Assembly: GCA_036676495.1 (NCBI GenBank)
Contig: JAKFCT010000042.1
Span: forward strand, 1 to 10,936
Source: Candidatus Sericytochromatia bacterium
Lineage (GTDB): Bacteria; Cyanobacteriota; Sericytochromatia; S15B-MN24; UBA4093
Length of the DNA stretch: 10,936 nt
Direction of reading: 5' to 3'
Position numbers and translations under genes: made by a program. Positions 8,976 through 10,936 of this stretch are shown here, piece by piece; within the stretch, counting starts at the first letter, position 1; every line of letters starts with the position of its first letter. The notes below the pieces were generated by a model. The model did no database searches, was not told the DNA's origin, and was given only the letters and a program-made list of their open reading frames with translations.

Positions 8976-9116
8976 CCCCATCCTCCTTCGATACTGGCCG
9001 CCGGCGCGCGGGCCTTTCCCTCTCTATACCCCGCGCGAAACAAATCTGCGTTAATTCTGTCTGTCGTCGTGGGCCGCGGGCCGCCGCGGGGAATAAGGGA
9101 AGTACAGGAGAAAGCC

Positions 9117-9425
9117 ATGGGCATCGACGATATCAGCGCAAAAGCCTCGGGGTTCTGGCTGCGGGCCAAGTCGGCGTTGACCGGAAAGCTGCCGGATGCT
9201 CCGGCTCCCCCGGCGCCCCCTCCCCGCTCCGCCGGGGATTCCGCGGATCTTTCCCGCAAGGGGCAGTACTTCGCGGGCTACGTCTTTCCCGAGCCGGGGG
9301 ACGCCGCCGCGCCCGGATCCGGTGGGGGGCCTGCCGGCAACACGCCTGACGGGGCCCTGCCCGGCGATGCCAAGGTCTGGGCCCCGCTGGTCATTGCTCC
9401 GTTCGAGGAACCCGGGAAGAATTAG
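9117..9425 (+). CDS. hypothetical small Pro/Gly-rich protein (102 aa)
   Basis: AGGAG RBS before ATG 9117; fills the gap between neighbours; its stop overlaps the convergent gene's stop (TTAG 9422-9425). Confidence 0.6.
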   Translation: MGIDDISAKASGFWLRAKSALTGKLPDAPAPPAPPPRSAGDSADLSRKGQYFAGYVFPEPGDAAAPGSGGGPAGNTPDGALPGDAKVWAPLVIAPFEEPGKN

Positions 9426-10936
9426 CGCGCCTCCTTCGCGAACCAGACGTCTTCCGTCGTCTTGGTTTCGCCGTTCTGCACGAAGGTCGACCGCATCAGG
9501 CTCTCCCCGCTCGCGTTGAGCTGAGCGGCCATCTGGGTGCTGATCTCGGAGATCCCGAGCTCGCCCAGGGTCTTGATCTCACCGGCCTGCACCCGCGCGT
9601 CCCCGTCGTCCATCCAGACCGAGAGCCCATCCAGTTCCGAGCCGCTCAGGCGACCGTCGCCGTTCGCGTCCAGCCCCTGAAGCTTCTGGTAACCGTTGGC
9701 ATAGCGGCCGCCTTCATCCCCGAAGAGGCGCGTTCCGTCGATCTCTCCGTCTCCCGAAGCCGCCGCGCTCACGCCGCCGTCCCGGTCATCCACCAGCATG
9801 CCGTCCCCGGCCATCCACTCGATCCGCTCCTTGCGGCCGTCGCCGTCCAGGTCGAAAGACACCGCGCCTTCCGCGACGAAGCCGTGATCCGCCGCGCGGT
9901 CCTTGGCCGTGCTGCGTCCCGTCACGGCGAGCTGCCCGTCCCCGTCCAGGTCGAGCATGATCGGGCTGGAGGTCCGGGCGGTCCGCCAGATCAAGCCCTC
10001 CATGGCCATCGCGTACTTGGTCTCCAGGTACGCGCGGGCATCCGCCGGCTGGACCCGCGGATGGATCGAGCATGGATCCCGGTGGTAGAGGTCGCGCTGG
10101 ATCGCCTTTTGCAGGCCGTAGTACTCGGCCTTGTAGTCCAGGTAGAGCGCGGCCAGGCGGAAGAGGTACGCGCCGGTCGCCGACGACTTGCCGTCATAAC
10201 GCTGGGCGGCGAGCTTCTCGAAGCCGTCGCGGGCCGTGACGTCGACCGTGGTGCCGTACTGACCGTAGGGAGTCTTCCCGAACGCCATGCCGAGCGCGGA
10301 CTCCAGTTCGGGCAGGACGCCGAGCGCCCCCTGGATCTGGTTGGGGCTGAGGTCGCGATCCGCCTCGAAGTAGAAGGTCGCCGACTCCTGGGAATCCCAG
10401 GGCGTGGCGAGGGCGCTTTCCAGCATGGTCTTCAAGCGAGCAGGCAGCGGAGGAGCCGGAAGCTGGGCGAGCTGCTCGGGTGAGATCGGCAGGGGGGCGA
10501 TTGGCGCCTGCAAGCCCACGGCCGGGCCGACCAGCGGAGGGGCCACCGGTTGCGGGTGGCAGGGCCGGACGTCGATCTGAACCCTCGCCGGGCCTGCGCC
10601 TCCCCCCCCGATCTCCCGGAGGCGCCCACCATGCCCATGGTGGCCATGCCCATGGTCGCCATGGAGGCCTTTCCAGTACTGCGGGAAGAGCAACTCGTGA
10701 ATGCCCTGGCCGCCGCCGGGTTGCTTGAAGCCGTTGACCCAGTAGTAATGCCGAATGGTCTCGGCCATGAGCGCGTTCATGTCGTCGAGGCGCCGCTGGA
10801 TCTCTTCCAGGCGCGCCGTGTAGGCGTCGAGCTCCGCCTGCGAGGATCCGCTTCCGAGGCCCCCGACTCGAGAGCCGCAGCCGAAGCCGCCCGCAAGGTC
10901 CACGCCCCCGCCGCCAGAACCCCCGGCCCCCCCGGC
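9422..10936 (-). CDS. large Ca2+-binding protein with C-terminal FrpC-type self-processing-module-like domain (5' end beyond window)
   Basis: Frame is open to the right edge (AGGAGGSGGGG precedes the GTG at 10903). C-terminal 180 aa: SPIMLDLDGDG...FDLDGDG...W...DGMLVDDRDG...LFGD...ANGYQKL..LDANGDG...VWMD...GEIKTLGELGI...DVWF, with several DxDGDG Ca2+ loops. Confidence 0.85.
   Translation of the reverse strand, partial: AGGAGGSGGGGVDLAGGFGCGSRVGGLGSGSSQAELDAYTARLEEIQRRLDDMNALMAETIRHYYWVNGFKQPGGGQGIHELLFPQYWKGLHGDHGHGHHGHGGRLREIGGGGAGPARVQIDVRPCHPQPVAPPLVGPAVGLQAPIAPLPISPEQLAQLPAPPLPARLKTMLESALATPWDSQESATFYFEADRDLSPNQIQGALGVLPELESALGMAFGKTPYGQYGTTVDVTARDGFEKLAAQRYDGKSSATGAYLFRLAALYLDYKAEYYGLQKAIQRDLYHRDPCSIHPRVQPADARAYLETKYAMAMEGLIWRTARTSSPIMLDLDGDGQLAVTGRSTAKDRAADHGFVAEGAVSFDLDGDGRKERIEWMAGDGMLVDDRDGGVSAAASGDGEIDGTRLFGDEGGRYANGYQKLQGLDANGDGRLSGSELDGLSVWMDDGDARVQAGEIKTLGELGISEISTQMAAQLNASGESLMRSTFVQNGETKTTEDVWFAKEAR

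Overview
GC-rich (roughly two-thirds GC by eye) bacterial chromosomal window. The left half (1-4825, minus strand) is the 5' part of an F1Fo ATP synthase operon: AtpZ/gene-1-like, atpI, atpB (a), atpE (c), b', atpF (b), atpH (delta) and atpA (alpha, running off the left edge), with a clear sigma70-type promoter. Subunits c, a and alpha look cyanobacterial and there are two b-type subunits. Together with an FlhB/SctU gene, this suggests (inference) a non-photosynthetic relative of Cyanobacteria. The right half holds a Pro/Gly-repeat hypothetical protein, a stand-alone flhB/sctU, xerD, a signal-peptide helical protein, a small Pro-rich protein, and the 3' part of a large protein ending in an FrpC-type Ca2+-dependent self-processing module whose Asp-Pro site is replaced by Ser-Pro. 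Other points of note: atpH apparently starts at ATT, one base away from a canonical ATGA overlap; subunit c has a 23-aa Thr/Ala tail; the atpE-b' spacer is densely structured; an inverted doublet of hairpin repeats lies upstream of flhB; and a GGGTATAG motif recurs upstream of three genes.
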